Source: a bacterium
Lineage (GTDB): Bacteria; Verrucomicrobiota; Verrucomicrobiia; Chthoniobacterales; UBA6821
DNA length: 64,000 nucleotides
Direction of reading: 5' to 3'
Assembly (NCBI GenBank): GCA_037130175.1
Contig: JBAXTN010000004.1
Coordinates: 45,606 to 109,605, forward strand
Numbering within the stretch: position 1 is the stretch's first letter; each line of letters begins with the position of its first letter. Position numbers and translations under genes: made by a program. Shown here one piece after another: positions 11,592 through 21,879 of the stretch. The notes under the pieces are model-generated. The model did no database searches. It saw only the letters and a program-made list of their open reading frames with translations, and was not told the DNA's origin.

Positions 11592-12404
11592 TCAACCAAA
11601 TCGACCGGTAATGTATTCCTCAGTCTGTTTTTGGGAAGGGTTGGTAAATATTTTTTTCGTGTCATCAAACTCAACAAGGTTTCCCAGATAGAAAAAAGCC
11701 GTTAATTCCGAGACCCTGCTTGCCTGCTGCATGTTGTGGGTGACAATCACGATGGTGAAGTCCTTCTTCAATTCAACAATGAGTTCCTCCACTTTGGCTG
11801 TGGCGATAGGATCAAGGGCGGAACATGGCTCGTCCATCAGAAGAATCTCGGGGCGACTGGCCACGGCCCGCGCGATGCAAAGTCGTTGCATCTGCCCCCC
11901 TGAGAGACCCAGTGCGCTGTCATGAAGGCGATCCTTTGCTTCCTCCCAGAGGGCGGCGGATCGAAGACAGCGTTCCACCGTCTCATCAAGCACGGAGCGA
12001 TCTTTCTGACCGGCAATTCTCAGGGGATAAACAATGTTCTCGTAAATCGACATGGGAAAAGGGTTCGATTTTTGAAAGACCATTCCGATACGACGCCTCA
12101 GGGCAATGATCTCCACCGAAGGATCATATATACTGGTGCCGTGAATGGTAATATCCCCTTCGTGGCGAACTCCTGGGATGAGCTCATTCATGCGGTTGAA
12201 ATTCCTGAGCAATGTTGATTTGCCGCAACCGGAAGGCCCGATAAATGCGGTCACCTGCCTCGATGGAATCTCCAGGGTAATACCGTGCAGTGCCTGCTTC
12301 TTGCCGTAGTAGAAGTTGAAGTCCTTTACTTGGATAAAATTTGACTCACCGGGAACAAAATCGTTGGTAAGCGGAAGCGGTGGTGTGTTATAAGTCGGTA
12401 TCAT
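11592..12404 (-). CDS. pstB: Phosphate ABC transporter ATP-binding protein
   Basis: 270 aa. Walker [10 protein letters not shown], signature LSGGQMQRL, Walker B ILLMDEP, and the PstB-typical N-terminus. Confidence 0.97.
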   Translation of the reverse strand: MIPTYNTPPLPLTNDFVPGESNFIQVKDFNFYYGKKQALHGITLEIPSRQVTAFIGPSGCGKSTLLRNFNRMNELIPGVRHEGDITIHGTSIYDPSVEIIALRRRIGMVFQKSNPFPMSIYENIVYPLRIAGQKDRSVLDETVERCLRSAALWEEAKDRLHDSALGLSGGQMQRLCIARAVASRPEILLMDEPCSALDPIATAKVEELIVELKKDFTIVIVTHNMQQASRVSELTAFFYLGNLVEFDDTKKIFTNPSQKQTEEYITGRFG

Positions 12405-12463
12405 AACTGCATTTTTTAGCCGGAGTGAGTCTTTATGATTGGGAAAATGGATGAAGCTCGGAT

Positions 12464-13351
12464 TTATTGATGTTTAGGTCTGAAAATTACCTGTGCGGCA
12501 ACATTAGTCACCGTCACCAAAGTGACCAGAACCAGGGAAGCGGTCCAGGCCATCGCCACATGATGGGAATATGGCAATGCGGCAAAGTTGAAGATAAGCA
12601 CAGAGAGCGAAGCCGTTGGCTCCATCAGCGAATGAATCCAGTTGTAGCTGAAGAGAGCAGTGAAGAGCACCGGGGCTGTCTCCCCCGAAGCCCTTGCGAC
12701 TGCAAGCATGATGCCGGTCATCATGGCGGGAGACGCCTCGGGAAGAACGATTCTCCAGATCGTCTGAAACGGTGTGGCCCCAACTCCAAAGGAAGCCTCC
12801 CGGTAGGCATAGGGCACCCCCATCAGAGCCTGTTCTGCCGTGAGCAGGATCGTGGGAAGAATAAGAATGGAAAGCGCAATGCCTCCCGCAAGCGCAGAAA
12901 ACTTATGGGTCGTCATCACGATGGCGGCAAACGCAAAAACACCGCAGATGATTGATGGAATTCCTGTCAGCAACTTGGCCACAAACCGCACTGCCGAGGC
13001 CAGATTGGAAACAGGGGCATATTCGTTGACATAGACCGCAGCAAAGATCCCTAGCGGGACAGAGAAAATCAGGGAAATGCCCACCATGGCCAAAGTGCCG
13101 ACGACAGCATTTCCAAAACCTCCTCCATCTTGGCCGGGGGCGGGAGGAAGTTGCGTAAAGAGATTTGGCCCCAGCAAAGGCATCCCTTTCTGAAGCAACA
13201 GAATGATGATCGAGAGAAGGGGTATCAGCGTCAGCAAAGAGAGAAAGATGCAGAGCCCCGTCAAAAATTTATTTCTTAGAAGACGCAGGAGTGATGTTTG
13301 CCTGCCCGCTCCCGAGAAAAAATTTGGAGTGAGAGTCACGGTACTGTTCAT
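12464..13351 (-). CDS. pstA: Phosphate ABC transporter permease PstA
   Basis: 295-aa polytopic permease with an EAA-type loop ([21 protein letters not shown]). 4-nt overlap with pstC. Confidence 0.92.
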   Translation of the reverse strand: MNSTVTLTPNFFSGAGRQTSLLRLLRNKFLTGLCIFLSLLTLIPLLSIIILLLQKGMPLLGPNLFTQLPPAPGQDGGGFGNAVVGTLAMVGISLIFSVPLGIFAAVYVNEYAPVSNLASAVRFVAKLLTGIPSIICGVFAFAAIVMTTHKFSALAGGIALSILILPTILLTAEQALMGVPYAYREASFGVGATPFQTIWRIVLPEASPAMMTGIMLAVARASGETAPVLFTALFSYNWIHSLMEPTASLSVLIFNFAALPYSHHVAMAWTASLVLVTLVTVTNVAAQVIFRPKHQ

Positions 13352-14310
13352 CGGAGTCCTGCGGTTGCTTTCTGGGTCTGGCGAAGGATGGCCTCACCCA
13401 CCATATTAACCACAAGCGTCATGAGCACCAGGAGCGCCGCTGCATACATCAGGGCATTGACCTGAATTCCATCTGCCTCTGCAAACTGATTGGCAAGAAG
13501 GGCAGAAAGCGTGTTGGACGGGGCTAGGAACGACCATGTGAGTCGTTGACTATTTCCGATCAGCATCGCCACAGCCATCGTCTCCCCCATGGCTCTGCCA
13601 AAAGCCAGGATACTTGAAGCCACAATACCGGAAGCAGCAGTCGGCAATATAACACCAAGGATACTCTCCCAACGAGTGGCACCGAGCGCATAAGAGGCTT
13701 CCCTTAATGTTTTTGGTACTGCCACTAAAGCTGATCTCGAAATCGCTGTGATCGTGGGTAGTACCATCAGTGCGAGCACGAGACTCGCTGTGAGAAGGCT
13801 ATTGCCATAAGCGGGTCCTTGAAAGAAAGGGAGAAAGCCAAGCTTATCAGCAAGAACTCCTCCATATTTCTGTACAAGCGGCACCACAACGAAGATACCC
13901 CAGAGTCCGTAAACCACGCTGGGAATTGCCGCGAGTAGTTCAATGACAAAACGAATCGACTGACGGATCGCCACCGGAAGAAAATCCTCGCTAAGGAACA
14001 GGGCAATGGCCAACCCCAACGGCAAAGCGAGAGCCAAGGCAATCAAACTACTTACAGCGGTTCCAATGAGAACAGGAAGAACCCCGAAGATATCCCTATT
14101 CGGACTCCATTGCACGCCGGTAATGAATCCCAATCCAAATTTCTGCATTGCCGGCCATGCCTTTATGAGGATTTCCCCAAGGATGAAGGCAAGCAGGACA
14201 ACTGTCACAATTGAAGCCAGCCAACAGATTCCCCTAAAAAAATCTGTCCGTGGACGATATTCCCGCGTGATCGGACTCCCGGATCCAACAGGAATAAGAT
14301 TTTCGCCCAC
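13348..14310 (-). CDS. pstC: Phosphate ABC transporter permease PstC
   Basis: 320-aa polytopic permease (REASYALGATRWESILGVILP). Located between pstS and pstA. Confidence 0.92.
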   Translation of the reverse strand: MGENLIPVGSGSPITREYRPRTDFFRGICWLASIVTVVLLAFILGEILIKAWPAMQKFGLGFITGVQWSPNRDIFGVLPVLIGTAVSSLIALALALPLGLAIALFLSEDFLPVAIRQSIRFVIELLAAIPSVVYGLWGIFVVVPLVQKYGGVLADKLGFLPFFQGPAYGNSLLTASLVLALMVLPTITAISRSALVAVPKTLREASYALGATRWESILGVILPTAASGIVASSILAFGRAMGETMAVAMLIGNSQRLTWSFLAPSNTLSALLANQFAEADGIQVNALMYAAALLVLMTLVVNMVGEAILRQTQKATAGLR

Positions 14311-14343
14311 GGTCGATTTGATTAATTGACGGGGTCAAATGCT

Positions 14344-15366
14344 CTATTTGACAGAATCCAGAGCGGCCAGCACCTTGGTCACCACGGATTCAGGAAGAGT
14401 AATATAACCGAGTTCAGGAGCCACGCTCTGACCGGCAGTGAGACCATATTTCACAAAGGCCTTCACTGCGCCTGCCTTGTCTGCGGCAGGATAAGACTTC
14501 TTCACAAGCAACCAGGTAAATGTGGCAATAGGATAATCTTGGGCACCTTCGGGGTCGGTAATGAAAGCCCTGAAATTCTCGGGGAGAATAACGGAAGCAA
14601 GTGTCGCTGCTCCGCTCTCAATGGTCGGAACAATGAAATTTCCCGACTTGTTTTGGAGGCTGGCCATGGTCAGAGAGTTGTGAACGGCATAGCCAAATTC
14701 CACATAACCGATCGCACCGGGTGTCTGCTTGATCAGAGCTGTGACCCCATCATTTCCCTTGCCGGCGACTCCGACGGGCCATGTCACGGATTTACCACTG
14801 CCCACTTTGGTTTTGAAATCGGCACTGACTGCATCAAGATGCGCCGTGAAGACCGCCGTGGTACCGCTGCCATCGGAACGGGCCACCACGGTAACAGGAA
14901 GTGACGGGAGCTTCAGATCCGGATTATCCTTGGCAATGAGCGGATCATTCCATGATTTCACAGTGCCAAGTAGGATTCCGATGTAAGCATCACGGGAGAG
15001 CTTCAGTCCGCCCTGCACTCCAGGAATATTGTATGCAAGAACAATGGTGCCTGCCGTGGCTGGAAGCAGAAGAACATTACCTCCTGCCTTGGCAATCTCC
15101 TCGTCACTCATCGCCACATCGCTGGCACCAAAATCGGTGAGACCAGCAACAAAATCCTTTACCCCGGCTCCGCTGCCCACTCCCTGATAGTTGACGGTGG
15201 TATCGGGATTGGCCTTCTTGAAATCCGACGCCCAACGCAGGTATAGCGGCGCCGGAAAAGTCGCGCCAGAACCATTGATGGTGATCGCAGCACTCAGCGG
15301 CATTACTGAAGAGGCAAGGACTGCGGCAGCAGGAAAAATACGCGTCAGAATTGTGGGTAGGGTCAT
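14344..15366 (-). CDS. pstS: Phosphate ABC transporter substrate-binding protein PstS
   Basis: 340 aa. Signal peptide, then GSGATFPAPLY, YQGVGSGAGV and ARSDGSGTT phosphate-binding motifs. Confidence 0.92.
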   Translation of the reverse strand: MTLPTILTRIFPAAAVLASSVMPLSAAITINGSGATFPAPLYLRWASDFKKANPDTTVNYQGVGSGAGVKDFVAGLTDFGASDVAMSDEEIAKAGGNVLLLPATAGTIVLAYNIPGVQGGLKLSRDAYIGILLGTVKSWNDPLIAKDNPDLKLPSLPVTVVARSDGSGTTAVFTAHLDAVSADFKTKVGSGKSVTWPVGVAGKGNDGVTALIKQTPGAIGYVEFGYAVHNSLTMASLQNKSGNFIVPTIESGAATLASVILPENFRAFITDPEGAQDYPIATFTWLLVKKSYPAADKAGAVKAFVKYGLTAGQSVAPELGYITLPESVVTKVLAALDSVK

Positions 15367-15476
15367 GGTATTTGGGTATGAAATTTCAATTCAGAGGACG
15401 AATCGCTTTCAGTGCAACAGATTTCTTGTGACAATTCCGACATAATTGTTCCGAAAGAAGAAATTTTGAAACTTTA

Positions 15477-16160
15477 CTAACGGCGTTTATTCCACTCATC
15501 CGACCGATACCGGTGATGGGCCAGTTCAAGGGCTGCTTGTTTCATTGTTTCAGAGAGAATTGACTCCCTTACATGGTTGCCGAGCGCGCTGGCTAACTGC
15601 TCATGGAGCAAGGCTTCCCTCATTCCCCAGGAAATCTCCCTGCAACCCTGTAAACTTCCTTGGTAGAGCAAGGCCCCTTCGCTTCGTCGCTGCGCTCCAC
15701 CGAGGATCTTGTTTCCCTGCCAGATGAGATCATCACGGGCAGGTGCACTGAAGCAGGAGGGCCCGGTGAGAATTTCACGATCACCTGCCATGACAATCTC
15801 CAATTTGGTAAACCGTGTGATCGCGGAGGCAAAGGCGCGGTGAAGAATTTTATAGAATTGTGCAGGAGAATACTGACCAAAGGCTACTTCCCGTGGAACC
15901 ATAAGGGAAAAAGTCAGATCAGCCCCATGTTCCACCATGCCGCCACCCGTCCAGCGGCGGACAAGGGGTGATGAAGGATGGGCAAATCTGACCTCGGTAT
16001 ATTTTTGAAAATATCCGAACGAGACACATGGTGCTTCCCATCGGTAAATGCGCATCGTGGTTTTGGAAACTCTCCTAAGCAGGACCTCGTCAAGAGCCAT
16101 TTGCATCGGTCCGTCGTACGATTCATCGGGTGGCAACACTTCTAGCTCTTCAAACATCAT
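15477..16160 (-). CDS. Lipoate/biotin protein ligase family protein (LplA/LipB-type catalytic domain)
   Basis: 227 aa. MQMALDEVLL..RIYRWEAPCVSFGYFQ..RRWTGGGMVEHG fits the BPL/LPL catalytic domain pattern. The exact activity is not assignable. Confidence 0.65.
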   Translation of the reverse strand: MMFEELEVLPPDESYDGPMQMALDEVLLRRVSKTTMRIYRWEAPCVSFGYFQKYTEVRFAHPSSPLVRRWTGGGMVEHGADLTFSLMVPREVAFGQYSPAQFYKILHRAFASAITRFTKLEIVMAGDREILTGPSCFSAPARDDLIWQGNKILGGAQRRSEGALLYQGSLQGCREISWGMREALLHEQLASALGNHVRESILSETMKQAALELAHHRYRSDEWNKRR

Positions 16161-16350
16161 CCACGAGCTTGCACATTCGGCATAAAAACAGAATGCGATT
16201 TTTTATATCACGATGCCGTTAAGGAAGAGCTGAATAAATCCCATGATGGTCACAGGCCATTTCCCATTGAAAAAATTTCTTTCGCGGCAAGTCCCGAGAG
16301 TACGCGACTTTTTCTTCCCCATCGCTCACGCGCTGCACTAGCATCATCGC

Positions 16351-17301
16351 ATGGCATCGAAAGAATCTGGCAAGGGAGGCTCTCATGAGAGCACTTCTTC
16401 CTTGGGTAAAAATCTCGGCAAAGGGTTGGGGAAAGGGCTTGGCGCGCTGATCAATCCCCGCGTGGCGGCTCCATTACCCTCTGAAGAACGAGGTGAGAGA
16501 ATTCAGAACATCCCCATTGATCAGATCGTTCCGAGCCCTCTCCAACCGCGCACGGAGTTCCGCGATGAACAACTACGCGACCTGATCGACTCCATTCGCG
16601 AGCGGGGTATTATTCAACCATTGATCGTCCGTCTTGCTGGAGGAAAATATGAGTTGATTGCCGGAGAACGCCGCTTCCGTGCTTCACTGGAAGTCGGTCT
16701 GACGGAGGCTCCCGTCATCGTACGCAAGGCCACCGATCAGGAAGTGCTCGAACTTGCCCTCATTGAGAACCTTCAGCGGGCCGATCTCAATCCGATTGAA
16801 GAGGCGACAGCCTACAACCGTCTCTCAAAAGAGTTTCATCTCACACAAGAGGAAATCGCCCGACGCGTGGGCAAGAGCAGGGCCTCCATCGCCAATGCCA
16901 TGCGTCTCATGGAACTGGATACAGAGGTTCAGATTCATCTCACCCAGGGCAGAATCACGGTCGGCCATGCCAAGGTACTGCTAGGCATCAAAAACACAGA
17001 TGAACAACGCCTGCTTGCTGCAAGAATCATCAGGCTAAACTCCTCGGTGCGTGATGCCGAAAACCTAGTCGAATCGCACCTTGCCGGTACAGGTGAAAAG
17101 AAAAAGCGCAGCATCCGAAAATCCGGGCTCGTATCGGAACTTCCTCCAGCACTGAAACATCTGGAGAACAAACTCCAGCACAGATTTTCCACCAGAGTCT
17201 CGCTTCATCATGCCGAGAAGAAGGGTCATATTGCGATCGAGTATTACGGATCGGACGACCTCCATCGACTGATTGGTGAATTTGGCATTTCAGCGGATTG
17301 A
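16351..17301 (+). CDS. parB: Chromosome partitioning protein ParB/Spo0J
   Basis: 316 aa. GLGKGLGALI N-terminal box, PRTEF, IIQPLIVR and YELIAGERRFRA ParB boxes, and an HTH (LTQEEIARRVGKSRASIANAMRL). Confidence 0.9.
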   Translation: MASKESGKGGSHESTSSLGKNLGKGLGKGLGALINPRVAAPLPSEERGERIQNIPIDQIVPSPLQPRTEFRDEQLRDLIDSIRERGIIQPLIVRLAGGKYELIAGERRFRASLEVGLTEAPVIVRKATDQEVLELALIENLQRADLNPIEEATAYNRLSKEFHLTQEEIARRVGKSRASIANAMRLMELDTEVQIHLTQGRITVGHAKVLLGIKNTDEQRLLAARIIRLNSSVRDAENLVESHLAGTGEKKKRSIRKSGLVSELPPALKHLENKLQHRFSTRVSLHHAEKKGHIAIEYYGSDDLHRLIGEFGISAD

Positions 17302-17315
17302 TGTACGATTAGCAA

Positions 17316-18272
17316 ATGTCCTCTACTTCCCTTCCCCGAAGATTTTTTTCAGGGTTTGTTCGTGCAGTTGATTCAGATTATTTTCCCTCGGGAGCAGAAG
17401 CAACCCGTGCTCTTCCGGAAAAGATGGACTGGGCCCGAGCCATTCCCTTCATCTTTCTCCATCTTGGCTGTCTTGGTGTGATTTGGGTGGGCTGGAGTCC
17501 TGTCGCTGTCACAGTCTGCGCCCTCTTCTATATCGTGAGAATGTTCTTCATCACTGGCATTTATCACCGGTATTTCTGCCACAAGGCCTATAAAATGAGC
17601 CGTTTGATCCAGTTTGTCTTTGCTCTGATCGGCCTGCTCTGCGTGCAGCGGGGTGCTCTTTGGTGGGCGGCTGTTCACCGACATCACCACGCTCATTCGG
17701 ATGAGGAAGTCGATGTGCACTCACCCCGCCAAAAGGGCTTCCTCTGGGCTCACATCGGCTGGATGACCAGTAGTCGTAACTTTCCCACCGACTACCGACT
17801 CATCCCTGACCTTGCAAAATATCCCGAACTTGTCTTTCTCAACCGCTTTGACCTGATTGGTCCTCTTATGGTGGCGCTACTGACCTACTCTTTCGGGGCA
17901 TTACTTCACAGACATTACCCCGGACTTCACACATCCGGCCCCCAAATGCTCATTTGGGCCGGTTTTATCAGTACTGTACTGCTTTTTCACGGGACCTGCT
18001 GCATTAACTCCATGGCCCATGTCTGGGGAACGCCGCGCTACGACACGGGTGATGACAGCAGAAATAGTTTCCTTTTGGCCATCATCACCCTGGGCGAAGG
18101 GTGGCACAACAACCACCACCGCTATCAGTCCTCAGCCCGACAGGGGTTCTACTGGTGGGAAATCGACCCCACTTACTACATCCTGCGAGGATTGGCTATG
18201 ATCGGAGTCATCGAGGATTTGAAAAAAGTACCCGAGAGTGCCTATCATCGGGAAAACTTCGTCAGAAAGTAA
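17316..18272 (+). CDS. Membrane acyl-CoA/acyl-lipid desaturase (delta-9-type, three His boxes)
   Basis: 318 aa. His boxes HRYFCH, HRHHHAH and HNNHH with intervening TM segments. Confidence 0.88.
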   Translation: MSSTSLPRRFFSGFVRAVDSDYFPSGAEATRALPEKMDWARAIPFIFLHLGCLGVIWVGWSPVAVTVCALFYIVRMFFITGIYHRYFCHKAYKMSRLIQFVFALIGLLCVQRGALWWAAVHRHHHAHSDEEVDVHSPRQKGFLWAHIGWMTSSRNFPTDYRLIPDLAKYPELVFLNRFDLIGPLMVALLTYSFGALLHRHYPGLHTSGPQMLIWAGFISTVLLFHGTCCINSMAHVWGTPRYDTGDDSRNSFLLAIITLGEGWHNNHHRYQSSARQGFYWWEIDPTYYILRGLAMIGVIEDLKKVPESAYHRENFVRK

Positions 18273-18309
18273 GCGTCACTCCATCTACTGACTACCGTCA
18301 ATAAAACTC

Positions 18310-19617
18310 ATGTCAACCATCACCGCTACATCACCACGCCTCTACACACACCCAGCAGACGAGTTGGTTGCGGCCATGGAACGGATTTACCGTTACAGCA
18401 TGACCACCACCTCGGGTGGCAATCTTTCCATCCGTGACGATGATGGCTCCATCTGGATCACCCCAGCCCGTGTGGACAAAGGGAACCTCACTCGTGACGA
18501 CATAGTCCATGTGCTCGCCGACGGAACGGTTCAGGGCCGCCATCCGGCCTCCTCTGAATTTCCGTTTCACAGGAACATCTACGAACTAAGACCCGATCTC
18601 AAAGCCATCGTTCATGCACATCCCGTGGCGCTCGTCGCATTTAGTATTAGCGGAATTACGCCCAATACAAGAATGCTGGCCAAGACGCATGTCGTTTGCG
18701 GCAAGGTCGGATTCGCTCCTTACGCGCTTCCAGGCAGTAAGAAACTGGGAGAAAATATTGCCAAGGTTTTTGCAGAAGGATTTAACTGCGTGCTCTTGGA
18801 AAACCACGGTGTTGCCGTCGGAGGAACCTCCTTCAAGGAGGCCTTTGACCGTTTTGAAACACTGGAATTTGCGTGTCGTACTTCCCTTAAATCAAGGGCC
18901 ATGGGAATCACCCCACATTTTCTGACAGATGAGCAAATTTCCCTCATCACATCCCGAAGCGTGAAAATGGAGACCTTTTCGCCCACCGTCCCGACCACGG
19001 GGGAAAGTGCCATCAGGCGCGATCTCTGCGAATTTGTTCGCCGAGGTTACCGGCAACGCCTTCTTATCAGCACGGAGGGCAGTTTCTCCGCAAGGGTGGA
19101 CAAAGACAGCTTTGTGATCACCGCCAACAATACCGACCGGGCGGGCGTGACAAGCGGTGACCTCGTTTTGATCCGGAAGGGAAAGTATGAGGAGGGGAAA
19201 AAACCGAGTAAAGCGGTTCTGATTCATGCGGCAATCTACGATAAATATCCGGAAATCCACTCCGTTGTCATAGCGACTCCGATCAACGCCACGGCATTCA
19301 GTCTGGCTCATAAAAAGCTTGATGTGCGCACGATCCCCGAAAGCTACATCTTTCTTAGGGATGTGAAACCACTTCCATTTGCATGGGCCTACGGTGATGG
19401 GCGGGAAATCGCCGAGGCAGTGACTCCCGAGTACCCCGTGGCCCTCATCGAAGATGAGGGAGCTCTGGTGATCGGTCGCACGATCCTGGATGCCTTTGAC
19501 CGTCTCGAAGTACTCGAGTCGACCTCGGAAGCCGTGATCAACGCAGGATTTCTCGGAGCGGTCAAACCGATGGATGATGAAGTCATTGACGAACTGATCG
19601 GGGCATTTTTGAAATAG
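18310..19617 (+). CDS. Tandem class II aldolase/adducin-domain protein (second domain lacks the metal-binding His residues)
   Basis: 435 aa. Domain 1 has SGGNLS, VHAHP and ENHGV. Domain 2 aligns to it but reads VIATP and EDEGA at the equivalent sites. Confidence 0.8.
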   Translation: MSTITATSPRLYTHPADELVAAMERIYRYSMTTTSGGNLSIRDDDGSIWITPARVDKGNLTRDDIVHVLADGTVQGRHPASSEFPFHRNIYELRPDLKAIVHAHPVALVAFSISGITPNTRMLAKTHVVCGKVGFAPYALPGSKKLGENIAKVFAEGFNCVLLENHGVAVGGTSFKEAFDRFETLEFACRTSLKSRAMGITPHFLTDEQISLITSRSVKMETFSPTVPTTGESAIRRDLCEFVRRGYRQRLLISTEGSFSARVDKDSFVITANNTDRAGVTSGDLVLIRKGKYEEGKKPSKAVLIHAAIYDKYPEIHSVVIATPINATAFSLAHKKLDVRTIPESYIFLRDVKPLPFAWAYGDGREIAEAVTPEYPVALIEDEGALVIGRTILDAFDRLEVLESTSEAVINAGFLGAVKPMDDEVIDELIGAFLK

Positions 19618-19687
19618 CCCTGAGAACCCGCTGCTCCGGAGATTCTTTATCCTGCAACAGGGTGATGAATCCTAAGATCGCTAAACA

Positions 19688-21013
19688 ATGATCAATCAAT
19701 CGCAAGGTTTCATGCCCCGCGTCGCTGTCATCGGCACAGGGGTTGCAGGACTTTCAGCGGCATGGGGGCTGAAAAAGATTGCAGATCTGACTCTCTTTGA
19801 AAGCGCTCATCGCCCGGGAGGACATAGCAATACGGTCACTCTGGATGAAGAGGGCAAGAGTCTGCCGATCGACACGGGATTCATCGTTTTCAACAGAATC
19901 ACATACCCCAATCTCTGCCGTCTTTTTGAGGAACTCAAAATCAATGCCATACCGAGTGAAATGTCCCTCAGTGTCCGTCATATCCCCGCCGGGTTGGAGT
20001 ACAACGGGATGGGGCTTAACAAACTCTTTGCCCAGAGAAGAAATATCGCCAATCCCATGTTTATCCTGCTCATCGCTGAAATCATGCGATTCTTCCGGGT
20101 TGGCAGGCAATGGTTAGGCGACGAGGCAGAGGGGGACATCTCTCATGAGGCCGATGAAGATCTGGCCACCTTCTGCAAGCGCCACCGCTTCAGTACCGAT
20201 TTTCTGGATCTTTATCTTGTGCCGATGAGTTCAGCCGTCTGGTCCACGGAACCAGGGCGCATTCTTGATTTTCCTGCATCAACCCTTCTTCATTTTTTTC
20301 ATAATCATGGATTTCTTGGAATCTCCACCCACCATCCTTGGTTCACGGTTGAAGGCGGATCCATTACCTATGTCGAAAAGATGCTCCAGGTTCTTGGCCA
20401 CCCCCGACTCGGTGATCCGGTAATTGGTGTTGAAGAAACTGACCAAGGTGCCTTGGTGAGCACTGAATCAGGAAAGCGCGAACAGTTTGACGCAGTGATT
20501 CTGGCCTGTCACGCCAACCAGAGTCTCCGTCTCCTGCACTCCCCCACGACGGATCAGCAGCGACTCCTCTCCCCATTCCAATATCAACTCAACGAAACCC
20601 TCCTCCACTCAGATTCCTCTGTCATGCCGGAGAGGCGACTGGCTTGGGGTGCATGGAACTTCAAGGTGGAACAGATCGCATCTCATCGCCATGCCACAAC
20701 ACACTACTGGATGAATGCGCTTCAGGGTGTTTCAAAAAATAACGATTACTTTGTCTCCCTCAATAGCAGTCAGCAGATCAATCCCAAAAGCGTGCATTAT
20801 GCAACAACCTATGAACATCCGGTGTTCACACTCGAGGCAATCCGTGCTCAACACGAACTACCAAGCCTGAATCGCTCGGGTCGCCTTTTTTTCTGTGGCA
20901 GTTACTTCCGCTATGGCTTTCATGAAGATGCCTGCAAATCGGGATTTGATGCTGCCGAAGCAGTCAAAGAATATCTCCCGAAGAGATATCGAGGAGAAAT
21001 CATGGATCAATGA
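19688..21013 (+). CDS. NAD/FAD-binding oxidoreductase (amine-oxidase-like, COG2907-type)
   Basis: 441 aa. N-terminal Rossmann motif RVAVIGTGVAGLSAAWGL..FES..PGGH. It is followed by a DUF1365 gene, as in the conserved neighbourhood of this family. Confidence 0.8.
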   Translation: MINQSQGFMPRVAVIGTGVAGLSAAWGLKKIADLTLFESAHRPGGHSNTVTLDEEGKSLPIDTGFIVFNRITYPNLCRLFEELKINAIPSEMSLSVRHIPAGLEYNGMGLNKLFAQRRNIANPMFILLIAEIMRFFRVGRQWLGDEAEGDISHEADEDLATFCKRHRFSTDFLDLYLVPMSSAVWSTEPGRILDFPASTLLHFFHNHGFLGISTHHPWFTVEGGSITYVEKMLQVLGHPRLGDPVIGVEETDQGALVSTESGKREQFDAVILACHANQSLRLLHSPTTDQQRLLSPFQYQLNETLLHSDSSVMPERRLAWGAWNFKVEQIASHRHATTHYWMNALQGVSKNNDYFVSLNSSQQINPKSVHYATTYEHPVFTLEAIRAQHELPSLNRSGRLFFCGSYFRYGFHEDACKSGFDAAEAVKEYLPKRYRGEIMDQ

Positions 21014-21050
21014 TTTCTTGTTTTTGAAATTTCATCTCTTCTCTTAGCGC

Positions 21051-21836
21051 ATGAACTCCTGCCTCTATGAGTGCGTCGTCTTTCACCGACGCATCGAACC
21101 AAAGAGACACGAATTTTCTTACAGGGTTTTTTATTGCCTCATCGACCTCGACGAACTCGATCTGATCCGAAAAGAATTAAGGCTTCTGACGGTCAATCGC
21201 CCCTGTCTTTACAGCTTTTATGAGAATGATCATATCAGCCACGGGTCTTCCTCCATACGGGAAAACATCTCACTCTATCTGCGGACTCATGGTGTCACTG
21301 TCCCGCTTGGTCGCGTTCGATTGCTCACACTTCCCCGAATACTCGGATATGTCTTCAATCCGATCTCCATCTATTTCTGTGACGACATAGATGGTAATCC
21401 CCTCACCTCGATTGCAGAGGTCGGCAACACCTTTGATGAGTGGAAACCCTATCTAGTGCCTCTGGGCGACGGAGGGATATTCCATCGCCGCGTGGTGAAG
21501 CATTTTTATGTCTCTCCCTTCTCCGATCTCGACCTGGAATTCGATTTCCGGTTCAAACAGCCCGAAGAGAGCTTGCAGATCGAGATTGATGATTACCGTG
21601 GAGAAACGCGTGAACTTGTGAGCAGACTCTCGGGCAAAAAAATTCCTCTTACTGACAGAAATCTCTCTCTGTTTTCTTTTAAATATCCACTCCTGACACT
21701 TCAAGTCATCCTTGGCATTCACTGGCATGCCCTTCGTCTCTGGATCATGGGACTAAGAGCACGCCGCAAAGAGGAAAATCCGGAACTTCAGAAGGATGTT
21801 CACCGCCCTCATAAATCACTCGCCAAGCAGCCCTAA
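21051..21836 (+). CDS. DUF1365 family protein
   Basis: 261 aa. MNSCLYECVVFHRRIEPKRHEFSYRVFYCLIDLDEL is the typical DUF1365 N-terminus (Y.G.V.H.R..P..H.F.Y). Confidence 0.75.
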   Translation: MNSCLYECVVFHRRIEPKRHEFSYRVFYCLIDLDELDLIRKELRLLTVNRPCLYSFYENDHISHGSSSIRENISLYLRTHGVTVPLGRVRLLTLPRILGYVFNPISIYFCDDIDGNPLTSIAEVGNTFDEWKPYLVPLGDGGIFHRRVVKHFYVSPFSDLDLEFDFRFKQPEESLQIEIDDYRGETRELVSRLSGKKIPLTDRNLSLFSFKYPLLTLQVILGIHWHALRLWIMGLRARRKEENPELQKDVHRPHKSLAKQP

Positions 21837-21879
21837 TCCTGCACCACTTGAATCACAACGACGCTTTCCTTACTCAACC

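Noticed and set aside
15413-15445. Pho-box-like TGTC/TGTT direct repeats upstream of pstS (minus strand: ATGTCGG-AAT-TGTCAC-AAGAAATC-TGTTGC)
   Set aside because: Spacings of 9 and 14 nt do not fit the 11-bp periodicity of the E. coli-type Pho box, and the consensus for this lineage is unknown. This is too weak to call a site.
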